Source of the DNA: Deltaproteobacteria bacterium
GTDB taxonomy: Bacteria; UBA10199; JACPAL01; GCA-016699445
NCBI GenBank assembly: GCA_016699445.1
Contig: CP064976.1
Span: forward strand, 2,222,619 to 2,286,618
Length of the DNA stretch: 64,000 bases
Reading direction: 5' to 3'
The notes below the pieces were generated by a model. The model worked only from the letters and a program-made list of their open reading frames with translations, was not told the origin of the DNA and ran no database searches. This document shows, in pieces, positions 1 through 7,746 of this stretch. The translations under genes and the position numbers were made by a program. Each line of letters begins with the position of its first letter. Position 1 is the first letter of the stretch.

Positions 1-84
1 GCAAAATGTTTTGAAACACAAGACTTAAAAGAAGGCCTCGCGGCCTTTTTGGAAAAACGCGCTGCTAATTTTAAAGGAAACTAA
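1..84 (+). CDS. Enoyl-CoA hydratase/crotonase family protein, 3' end (partial, starts upstream of window)
   Basis: Frame 1 translates to ...KCFETQDLKEGLAAFLEKRAANFKGN*, the typical crotonase C-terminal motif; stop at 82-84. Confidence 0.6.
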   Translation, partial: AKCFETQDLKEGLAAFLEKRAANFKGN

Positions 85-200
85 CCCCCACCACCGCCTT
101 CGGCGGAGCCTCCCCCATAAATGAGGGAGGCCACTAAGGACCCTCCCTTTTTAGGGGAGGGAATTTGAGATAAACGAAGGTATATGAGGGTGGGGTAGGA
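85..200. repeat. Structured intergenic repeat, family A copy 1 (multi-hairpin element, supplies RBS for the downstream gene)
   Basis: Near-identical to 3737-3853 and 4265-4397; contains CCTCCC..GGGAGG and CCCTCCC-TTTTTA-GGGAGGG hairpins; ends GGGTGGGGTAGGAG 6-7 nt before ATG at 208. Confidence 0.8.
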
Positions 201-207
201 GATAAAC

Positions 208-1350
208 ATGGACTTCAAATTATCCGACGAACAGAAAATGATTCAAAACATGGCTCGTGACTTCGCTCAAAAAGAAGTTGCGCCTAAAGCCATGGAGCTC
301 GATCACAAAAGTGAATTTCCAGCGATTCATCTCAAAAAGATGGCGGAGCTGGGATTGATGGGGATGATGGTTCCGACCGAGTTTGGAGGATCCGGACTCG
401 ATGCGGTTTCGTATGTATTGGCTTTGGAAGAAATTTCTGCGGCCTGTGCATCGACAGCGGTAACGATGTCTGTGAATAATTCACTCTACTGTGGACCGAT
501 TGTTAAATTTGGAACTCAAGCCCAAAAAGAAAAGTATGTGACACCTTTTGCCAGCGGACAAAAGCTGGGTGCTTATGCTTTATCAGAGCCTGGAACAGGT
601 TCGGATGCAGCCAATCAAAAAACAACCGCTAAAAAAGTGGGTAATAAATGGATTTTGAATGGTCGTAAAAACTTCATCACCAACGGACCTAATGCAGATG
701 CGATGGTGGTGTATGCGATGAACGATCCTGAAAAGAAGCACAAAGGGATTTCGTGCTTTATTGTTGAAAAAAACTTCCCTGGATTTTCAGTTGGAAAAGT
801 TGAAAAAAAATTAGGCATCTGTGCCTCAAGTACTTCTGAAATTGTTTTGGATAACTGTGAAGTGCCAGAGGAAAACGTGTTGGGTGAGATTGGTAAGGGT
901 TTTACGATTGCCATGGATACACTCGATAATGGACGTATCGGCATTGCCACTCAAGCAGTTGGTATTGCTCGCGCGGCTTTAGAGCAGGCGACGAGCTATT
1001 CTAAAGTGCGAGAAGCTTTTGGTCAGGCTATTTCTGAATTTCAAGCCATCCAACATTTTATTGCCGACATGGCCACACAAACAGACGCGGCCCGCATGCT
1101 CGTTTGGCGCGCAGCTTGGATGAAAGATGCAGGACTCAACATCAACCGTGAAGCTGCGATGGCAAAACTTTTTGCCTCAGAAGTTTGTGGTTTTGTGACG
1201 AATAAAGCTGTCCAAATTCACGGGGGTTATGGTTACATTAAGGAATATCCTGTGGAACGTTTGTTCCGTGATGCGAAGATTACAGAAATTTATGAAGGTA
1301 CGAGCGAAATTCAGAGACTTGTGATCGCTCGGAGTGTTTTGAAGGGTTAA
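208..1350 (+). CDS. Acyl-CoA dehydrogenase (short/branched-chain type)
   Basis: 380 aa; full-length match in character to butyryl-CoA dehydrogenases (YGGYGYIKEYPVERLFRDAKITEIYEGTSEIQRLVIAR C-terminus). Confidence 0.9.
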   Translation: MDFKLSDEQKMIQNMARDFAQKEVAPKAMELDHKSEFPAIHLKKMAELGLMGMMVPTEFGGSGLDAVSYVLALEEISAACASTAVTMSVNNSLYCGPIVKFGTQAQKEKYVTPFASGQKLGAYALSEPGTGSDAANQKTTAKKVGNKWILNGRKNFITNGPNADAMVVYAMNDPEKKHKGISCFIVEKNFPGFSVGKVEKKLGICASSTSEIVLDNCEVPEENVLGEIGKGFTIAMDTLDNGRIGIATQAVGIARAALEQATSYSKVREAFGQAISEFQAIQHFIADMATQTDAARMLVWRAAWMKDAGLNINREAAMAKLFASEVCGFVTNKAVQIHGGYGYIKEYPVERLFRDAKITEIYEGTSEIQRLVIARSVLKG

Positions 1351-1377
1351 GTTTCAACGTATTAAAAAGGAGTCTTT

Positions 1378-2126
1378 ATGAAAAACAAAATAAAAAGTCT
1401 TGGGCTCGTTTCAGCTACTTTGCTGAGCGTCGCCTTTTATCAACAACAGGCCCCGCTGGGTGCGGTGGGGGTGGTGGCGCTTCAACTATTGATACATCCG
1501 CTTCAGCGAGTGTAGAGCAAAGGCAACAAGTCGCTCTTCAAATTATATCTAACTTGGGTAGTAGTTCTTCAACAAACCCTGCGGGTTTATTATTAGGTTC
1601 TGATGCTCCTGCTTTAACTTTGGATACAACAGTTGCTGTACCTTGTGATTCAGGCTCAGCGACAATTGTTGTGAATCCAGGAACTCCAACAGCTATTACT
1701 TATGATCACTGCCGTTTTGGAGATTATACTATTGATGGTTTGGCCACGATCACAACGACGAGTTTACATCATACCACCATTACTTATACTAATGTGACTT
1801 ATTCGACCACCAGTTGTGGAGCTTATGGTTTGAATGGCACAATTGGCATTGATTCTTCAGCAGCTTCAACAACTACGTTTTTACCTGTGACTGTGACTTA
1901 TGGTTTAAGCACACAACGTGGTGGAAGTGTTGGAACCATTACAGGAACAGTGACACATAATACCGGTGATACTTTGTCAGGTAACATGAATGTGACCAAT
2001 CCTAATTTTACCTGCAACTACAGCAACACAGCTCTTACATGTCCTGCTTTGACTTCAGCCTGCAGCTTGTCTTCAGCTAGCTTGTGTAATGGAAATGATT
2101 TTCGAACGGATATTTGCTCTCTCTAA
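1378..2126 (+). CDS. Secreted Thr/Ser/Cys-rich protein, probable lipoprotein; frame change near 1445-1460
   Basis: AAGGAG RBS then ATG at 1378 encodes signal peptide MKNKIKSLGLVSATLLSVAF in frame 1; the Thr-rich body (ORF 1554..2126) is in frame 0 and open upstream (..PAGCGGGGGASTIDTS..); a 1-nt indel in the GCCCC run would join them. Confidence 0.45.
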
Positions 2127-2128
2127 AA

Positions 2129-3736
2129 ATGGAAAAACAATTTAAAGAACGCCTTCCCGAATTTACGACCCTCTCATCCAAAAAGATCGAGAGGGTCTAT
2201 AATTCTGACTCGATTGCTCATCTTAATCCTGAAAAGGATTTAGGCGAGCCTGGAGAGTATCCTTTTACGCGTGGCGCTTACCCGACCATGTATCGCGGTC
2301 GTCATTGGACCATGCGGCAGTTTGCAGGTTTTGGAACAGCAGCAGACACCAATGAACGCTTTCATTATCTTTTGAATCAAGGGCAGACAGGTCTTTCGAC
2401 AGCTTTTCATTTTCCCACATTGATGGGTGTAGATTCCGATAGTCCGCGTGCGCGCGGTGAGGTGGGTGTGTGTGGTGTAGCGATTGATACGCTGCATGAC
2501 ATGGAAGTCCTCTTTAAAGGAATCAATCTCGAAAATGTGAGTACGTCGATGACGATTAATACGCCTGCGCCGATCTTACTCGCGATGTATTTGGAAGTGG
2601 CGGCTAAACAAAATTTTCAGCAGAAAAAATTATCTGGAACGGTGCAGAATGACGTCTTGAAGGATTTTATTGCTCAAAAAACTTGGATCTATCCACCCGC
2701 TCCCGCCATGCGTTTGTGTACGGATCTTTTTGATTATTGCCAAACAGAAGTGCCTCGTTGGCATCCCGTTTCAATTTCGGGATATCACATTCGTGAAGCC
2801 GGTTCGACGGCAGCTCAAGAGTTGGCTTTTACCCTTCGAGACGGAATTGAGTATGTGGATTATTGTGTGAAGCGTGGAATGAAAGTTGACGAGTTTGGTC
2901 CCAAACTTTCTTTTTTCTTTAATGCTCAGAGTGATTTTTTTGAAGAGATTGCCAAGTACCGTGCGGCTCGTCGTATTTGGGCACGCACCATGAAAGAACG
3001 TTTCGGTGCGACTAATCCCGAAGCGATGCGTGTGAAGTTTCATACACAGACGGCTGGATGTAGTTTGACGGCTCAACAGCCCATGAACAATGTTGTGAGG
3101 ACGACACTGCAAGCTCTCTCAGGTGTGTTGGGTGGGACTCAGTCATTGCACACCAATTCGCTTGATGAAACTTTAGCGTTACCCACAGAAGCTTCTGTGC
3201 GCATTGCTTTGCGTACACAACAAATTATTGCCTACGAAAGTGGTGTGACCAATACCGTTGATCCTTTTGCAGGATCTTACTTTGTTGAAAAACTGACTGA
3301 CGACATTGAACGAGAAGCTTTGGCCTATTTTAAAAAAATCGACGACATGGGTGGGATGGTGCGTGCGATTGAACTTGGTTACCCTCAAAAAGAAATTATT
3401 GAAGCGGCTTACCGTTATCAAAAGCAGTTGGAGACTAAAGAAAAAATCATGGTGGGTGTACAAGACTTTGTGATTGAAAATGAGCCTCCGATTGACGTAC
3501 TCCGCATCGACCCTCAAGTGGAACAAAGACAGATTGAAAGTACACGGCAGGTAAAAGCCAAACGCAATAACGCTGCGGTGAAAGCGGCTTTAAGTGATTT
3601 GAAAAAAACAGCCGAAGGTTCGGCTAATCTCATCCCCAATATCCGCAATGCTGTTCGTGAGTATGCGACATTGGGAGAGATGATTGATACGATGAAGGAA
3701 GTGTTCGGGGCTTATAAGGATCCGGGGCATTATTAG
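2129..3736 (+). CDS. B12-dependent acyl-CoA mutase, catalytic (large) subunit, isobutyryl-CoA mutase-like
   Basis: ATG at 2129; methylmalonyl-CoA mutase family TIM-barrel domain without fused B12 domain; Phe in TMRQFAGF and Gln in DFIAQKTWIYPP at positions of MCM Tyr89/Arg207. Confidence 0.85.
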   Translation: MEKQFKERLPEFTTLSSKKIERVYNSDSIAHLNPEKDLGEPGEYPFTRGAYPTMYRGRHWTMRQFAGFGTAADTNERFHYLLNQGQTGLSTAFHFPTLMGVDSDSPRARGEVGVCGVAIDTLHDMEVLFKGINLENVSTSMTINTPAPILLAMYLEVAAKQNFQQKKLSGTVQNDVLKDFIAQKTWIYPPAPAMRLCTDLFDYCQTEVPRWHPVSISGYHIREAGSTAAQELAFTLRDGIEYVDYCVKRGMKVDEFGPKLSFFFNAQSDFFEEIAKYRAARRIWARTMKERFGATNPEAMRVKFHTQTAGCSLTAQQPMNNVVRTTLQALSGVLGGTQSLHTNSLDETLALPTEASVRIALRTQQIIAYESGVTNTVDPFAGSYFVEKLTDDIEREALAYFKKIDDMGGMVRAIELGYPQKEIIEAAYRYQKQLETKEKIMVGVQDFVIENEPPIDVLRIDPQVEQRQIESTRQVKAKRNNAAVKAALSDLKKTAEGSANLIPNIRNAVREYATLGEMIDTMKEVFGAYKDPGHY

Positions 3737-3853
3737 GGCCCCCACCACCCCTTCGGGGAGCCTCCCCCATAAATGAGGGAGGTCACAAAGGACCCTCCCT
3801 TTTTAGGGGAGGGAAATTGAGAGAATCGAAAGTAGTGATGGGTGGGGTAGGAG
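3737..3853. repeat. Structured intergenic repeat, family A copy 2
   Basis: GGCCCCCACCACCCCTTCGGGGAGCCTCCCCCATAAATGAGGGAGG...GGGTGGGGTAGGAG; ends 7 nt before ATG 3860. Confidence 0.8.
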
Positions 3854-3859
3854 AAAATT

Positions 3860-4264
3860 ATGGAAAGAAAACTTAGAATACTAGTCGCTAAACCCGGTCT
3901 TGATGGACATGACCGTGGAGCTAAAATTATCGCACGTGCTTTACGTGATGCTGGTTTTGAAGTGATTTATACAGGTCTACACCAAACCCCTGAAATGATC
4001 GCTGATGCCGCTTTGCAAGAAGACGTCGATTTAGTGTCTCTCTCTATTTTATCCGGAGCTCACAATCACTTAATGCCCGAAGTGATTCGTCTTTTGAAAG
4101 AAAAGGGAATGGGGGATGTGTCCATCATTGGTGGTGGTATCATTCCTCAAGAAGATATTGTGACGTTGAAACAACAAGGCGTGAAAGAAATTTTTACTCC
4201 AGGAACCGACACGCGTGATGTTGTGAAGTGGATCGAAACCAATATCCAACCACGAAGTTTATAA
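3860..4264 (+). CDS. Acyl-CoA mutase B12-binding (small) subunit
   Basis: 134 aa with cobalamin-binding DxHxxG motif ([15 protein letters not shown]) and Rossmann-like B12 domain. Confidence 0.85.
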   Translation: MERKLRILVAKPGLDGHDRGAKIIARALRDAGFEVIYTGLHQTPEMIADAALQEDVDLVSLSILSGAHNHLMPEVIRLLKEKGMGDVSIIGGGIIPQEDIVTLKQQGVKEIFTPGTDTRDVVKWIETNIQPRSL

Positions 4265-4397
4265 TCCCCCACCACCCCTTCGGGGAGCCTCCCCCATAAA
4301 TGAGGGAGGCCAAAAAACAAAAAATCGCAAAATAAATGACCCTCCCTTTTTAGGGGAGGGAAGTTCCTATCATGAAATTATTGAGGGTGGGGTAGAG
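4265..4397. repeat. Structured repeat, family A copy 3 (with ~25-nt internal insertion); 3' arm overlaps the UbiA-like gene C-terminus
   Basis: Same 5' half as copies 1-2; the GGGTGGGGTAG arm read on the minus strand encodes the terminal ..LPHPQ* of ORF 4378..5238. Confidence 0.75.
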
Positions 4398-5238
4398 AAA
4401 TCCACACGCCTACAAAAAACAAGATCGAAATAATCCCGTTTACATTAAAGAAGGCCGCGTTGACCTTCGAAAGATCTTTGTCTGACACTAACGAATGTTC
4501 ATATAAAAACAATCCAGCAATTACGCTGAGAGTGATGAAATAAGTCCAGCCAAAGTGGTTTAAGATTCCGAAAGCTAAGAGCAGGAGTAAGGTGATCAGG
4601 TGAAAGAGGCGTGCGAGCAGTAGAGCTTTGCTAATACCCAGAGCCACCACCATTGAATGCAATCCTGATTGTTTATCAAAGTCATAATCTTGAGTAGCAT
4701 AAATCAAATCAAAACCCGCGACCCATAAAGTGACCGCAATACCTAAAAGGACAGGGATGAAAGCCACTTCTCCACGCATGGCGACCCAAGCGCCAATGGG
4801 AGACATGCCTAAAACACAGCCTAAGATAATATGAGAAAGAGATGTGAATCGTTTTGCCAACGAATAACCATAAGCGGCGCTCAGCGCGATGGGTGAGAGT
4901 TGAAATGCCAGAGTATTAATTTGTGTGCATAAAATGACAAAGAGGATTCCACAAAAAATAGAGGTGATCAGGACTGATTGTTTCGAGAGAATATTTTGAG
5001 GAATGTGACGCACCGCTGTTCGTGGATTTTTGGCATCGATGTCGGCATCAACCCAACGATTAAAAGCCATGGCTCCAGTGCGCAAAGCGACCATGGCTAA
5101 AACCATCAAAAATAAAATCCGAAAAGGCGGATGTCCTTGAGAGGCAATCATGAGAGAGGCGAGAGCAAAGGGAAGGGCGAAAATCGAATGCGAGAACTTC
5201 ACCATTTCGCCAAATTGTCTGATTTTCTTAATTTCCAT
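4378..5238 (-). CDS. UbiA-family aromatic prenyltransferase (MqnP/4-hydroxybenzoate polyprenyltransferase-like)
   Basis: 286 aa polytopic membrane protein with NRWVDADID (NxxxDxxxD) motif. Confidence 0.8.
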   Translation of the reverse strand: MEIKKIRQFGEMVKFSHSIFALPFALASLMIASQGHPPFRILFLMVLAMVALRTGAMAFNRWVDADIDAKNPRTAVRHIPQNILSKQSVLITSIFCGILFVILCTQINTLAFQLSPIALSAAYGYSLAKRFTSLSHIILGCVLGMSPIGAWVAMRGEVAFIPVLLGIAVTLWVAGFDLIYATQDYDFDKQSGLHSMVVALGISKALLLARLFHLITLLLLLAFGILNHFGWTYFITLSVIAGLFLYEHSLVSDKDLSKVNAAFFNVNGIISILFFVGVWISLPHPQ

Positions 5239-5782
5239 ACCGAGGCCTCAAGTCATTCCCAACCCCCAAATGATCCAAGACGCGAGCAATCACGGTATCT
5301 ACCGCTTCTTCAATCGTTTTGGGTTTTGAATAAAACGACGGAATCGCGGGAATGATCTCAGCTCCGGCCAAAGCCAAAAGGCGCATATTCTCAATATGAA
5401 CCAGGTTGAAAGGCGTCTCGCGAGGGACGAGAATCAACGTCTTCTTCTCTTTCAGAAACACATCGGCAGCCCGTGTCAGCAAGCTATCGGAATAGCCATG
5501 AGCGATCCGCCCCAAAGTGCCCATGCTGCACGGGATGATGACCATAGCGTCATAATGAGCTGTCACGGCGGAACCACTCGCAAAGGGTGCAGAAAAATCT
5601 TTTTGCCCAAAAAATGGAACGTCGAGAGATGTATAATCCGTGCTCATCTCATCAAGGCCGATTTGCAAAGCATTAGGACTCGCCGTGAGTTCGAGAGAAT
5701 GCCCAGCCTCTTTGAGGCAGTGAATAGTGCGCGTGGCATAAATAGCTCCGCTAGAGCCGCTGATTCCGAGGACAATTTTCAT
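5228..5782 (-). CDS. ubiX: Flavin prenyltransferase UbiX
   Basis: 184 aa, MKIVLGISGSSGAIYA N-terminus and full-length UbiX/Pad1 flavoprotein character; overlaps start of downstream UbiA-like gene. Confidence 0.85.
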   Translation of the reverse strand: MKIVLGISGSSGAIYATRTIHCLKEAGHSLELTASPNALQIGLDEMSTDYTSLDVPFFGQKDFSAPFASGSAVTAHYDAMVIIPCSMGTLGRIAHGYSDSLLTRAADVFLKEKKTLILVPRETPFNLVHIENMRLLALAGAEIIPAIPSFYSKPKTIEEAVDTVIARVLDHLGVGNDLRPRYGN

Positions 5783-5792
5783 AGGATGATTT

Positions 5793-7007
5793 TCATGCTT
5801 TCTCCTCAGGTGGTAAATGCCAAGGCTGTATGTTCATTCCAAGAAAGGGATAAGGATTTTCAAGAGGGACCATGAGGTAAAACTGGTTTGCTTTCTTCCC
5901 TAATTCTTTTTTGGCTTTCTCGAGTTGTTTCAACGTATCTTGAGTGATGGTGCGTGTACTTTTGATTTCATAAACGTCCCAGAGTGTTTGATTTTGGACC
6001 ATCAGATCAATTTCCAACGACGGCGTCTTGAGATAATAGTGTGGAGGCATTTCCCCTTGGCTCGTCCAATGTTTGATCAGATTAGTCACGACCAAGGTTT
6101 CAAAAAGAGGCCCAAACTGTGGAGAGCCTGCGATGAGTGAGGGATCCCGAAACCCCATTAAATAACAGGCAAGACCGACATCCATAAAATACATCTTGGG
6201 TGACTTCCGGATCCGTGACGAAATATTTTCATAAAAGGGTTCCACAAGATGGACTTGATAGGTTTGCACGAGAAGATTCAGCCAGCGCTGAGCGGTAGAA
6301 GGAGAGATGTTGGCGTCTCTGGCAAGATCACTGACGTTAAGGATTTGCCCAGTGCGGATAGCACACAATCTCACAAAACGTTCAAAGGAAAGAAGGTCAG
6401 CTACTTGTGCCAAAGAACGGATATCTCTCTCGAGATATGTATTCAAATAACTTCGATGCCAATCCGTAGGAAGGATATTTTGATCCCTCCATAATTCCGG
6501 AAAAAAACCTCGAAATAAAATTTGGGATAACGTGTCTTCCTGATGCCATTCTAAATCAATGGATGCGGAAATTTCTTTAACCGTAAGGGGATAAAGTGTG
6601 ATCAACCCAACACGTCCAGCCAAAGACTGAGTTACTTGTTCCATCATTAAAAAATTCTGGGAACCCGTCAGGATATACTGACCCTTTTCATCACGTTTTG
6701 CGTCGATACGACTTTGGAGATAGCTGGTCAGGTCAGGAACATTTTGGAATTCGTCAAAAATTACCGGAGGAGGGTAGCGATCCAAAAAGCTTTTGGGATC
6801 TTGCAGTACTTGCGCTCTCAGATCCAGGTCTTCAAGAAGGACATAATGATGAGTCTTGCAGTGCTCTTTGATAAAAGAGGTCTTTCCGACTTGTCGAGCC
6901 CCTGTCAGGATAATAGCGGGAAAAGACTTGAGAAAACGATCAAAAACACCCTCAAATTGCCTCGTAAACATTTGAAAAATAATAATATATGCAAATTGAT
7001 TATTCAA
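5793..7007 (-). CDS. AAA+ ATPase with DUF4143-type C-terminal domain
   Basis: Walker A GARQVGKTS near N-terminus; ~400 aa architecture typical of the ATPase/DUF4143 family; true start may be an internal Met. Confidence 0.7.
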   Translation of the reverse strand: MNNQFAYIIIFQMFTRQFEGVFDRFLKSFPAIILTGARQVGKTSFIKEHCKTHHYVLLEDLDLRAQVLQDPKSFLDRYPPPVIFDEFQNVPDLTSYLQSRIDAKRDEKGQYILTGSQNFLMMEQVTQSLAGRVGLITLYPLTVKEISASIDLEWHQEDTLSQILFRGFFPELWRDQNILPTDWHRSYLNTYLERDIRSLAQVADLLSFERFVRLCAIRTGQILNVSDLARDANISPSTAQRWLNLLVQTYQVHLVEPFYENISSRIRKSPKMYFMDVGLACYLMGFRDPSLIAGSPQFGPLFETLVVTNLIKHWTSQGEMPPHYYLKTPSLEIDLMVQNQTLWDVYEIKSTRTITQDTLKQLEKAKKELGKKANQFYLMVPLENPYPFLGMNIQPWHLPPEEKA

Positions 7008-7024
7008 TAATTAATTTGCATGAA

Positions 7025-7714
7025 TTATTTATCCGCCACGATTAAATGCGAAATACCACCCGTTTGTGCGGTAATTTTGATGTTCTTAAAGCCTGTTTGT
7101 TCTAATAATTTTCGGTACTCTTCCGTCGTGTAAAATTTCCGCACGGAATCGCGCAAATGTTCATAAGCCGACTTATTCTTAGACACTAAGGATCCTAATA
7201 CTGGAATGACAACTTCCGCGTAGGTGATGTTGAAAAGCTTCGGGAGAAGCTCCGTGGGCTTGAAGAATTCTAAGACCACGAGACGTCCGCCGGGTTTTAG
7301 CCATTCGTAAATATTCTGGAGTGCGAGGGGATTGTCTCCCACATTGCGCATTCCATAAGCCACCATCGCACCATCATAAGAAGAGCGGGGGATATCCAAG
7401 GCCAGTATATCCCCAATCTGAATTTGAATCTGCTTGCGTTCTTCTGGCGTCAAAAGGGCTTCACCTTTTTTGAGCATGTTTTCAGAAAAATCCACAGCGG
7501 TGATCTGAGTCATGGGATTGGTTTCCAAAAGTGTTTTGGAGAGAGCCAAAGTCCCGGCACAGAGATCCAGGATTTTCTGAAATTTTTTCGAATCAGAAAA
7601 TTCTTTCATCCCTTGCCGCCGCCACCGACGGTCGACTTGAAAAGAAAGCAGCGAATTCAACAAATCATATTGAGGCGCGATGGAGTCAAAAAGTTTCTGG
7701 ATGTGTTCGGACAT
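7025..7714 (-). CDS. ubiE: Demethylmenaquinone/ubiquinone C-methyltransferase UbiE/MenG
   Basis: 229 aa class I SAM methyltransferase with UbiE-type motifs (LDLCAGTL, VAYGMRNV). Confidence 0.85.
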   Translation of the reverse strand: MSEHIQKLFDSIAPQYDLLNSLLSFQVDRRWRRQGMKEFSDSKKFQKILDLCAGTLALSKTLLETNPMTQITAVDFSENMLKKGEALLTPEERKQIQIQIGDILALDIPRSSYDGAMVAYGMRNVGDNPLALQNIYEWLKPGGRLVVLEFFKPTELLPKLFNITYAEVVIPVLGSLVSKNKSAYEHLRDSVRKFYTTEEYRKLLEQTGFKNIKITAQTGGISHLIVADK

Positions 7715-7746
7715 GGGTCCGCCCTAACGAGGACGCCCTCACTTGT

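Noticed and set aside
85-200. Possible cobalamin riboswitch upstream of the B12-dependent mutase operon
   Set aside because: The element recurs three times nearly identically, also between and after the mutase genes, lacks the conserved B12-box, and is far shorter than a cobalamin riboswitch; it is a repeat element
615-950. Antisense ORF inside the acyl-CoA dehydrogenase gene
   Set aside because: Fully contained within a well-supported conserved gene on the opposite strand; no RBS or homology
2240-3526. Several antisense or out-of-frame ORFs (2240..2497, 2771..3112, 3012..3218, 3179..3526) within the mutase gene
   Set aside because: All are embedded in the conserved mutase coding region; the translated products are low-complexity and lack support
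85-4397. Possible CRISPR array formed by the three family A repeats
   Set aside because: Repeats are ~115 nt, separated by whole genes (kb-scale), not by short uniform spacers; no cas genes nearby
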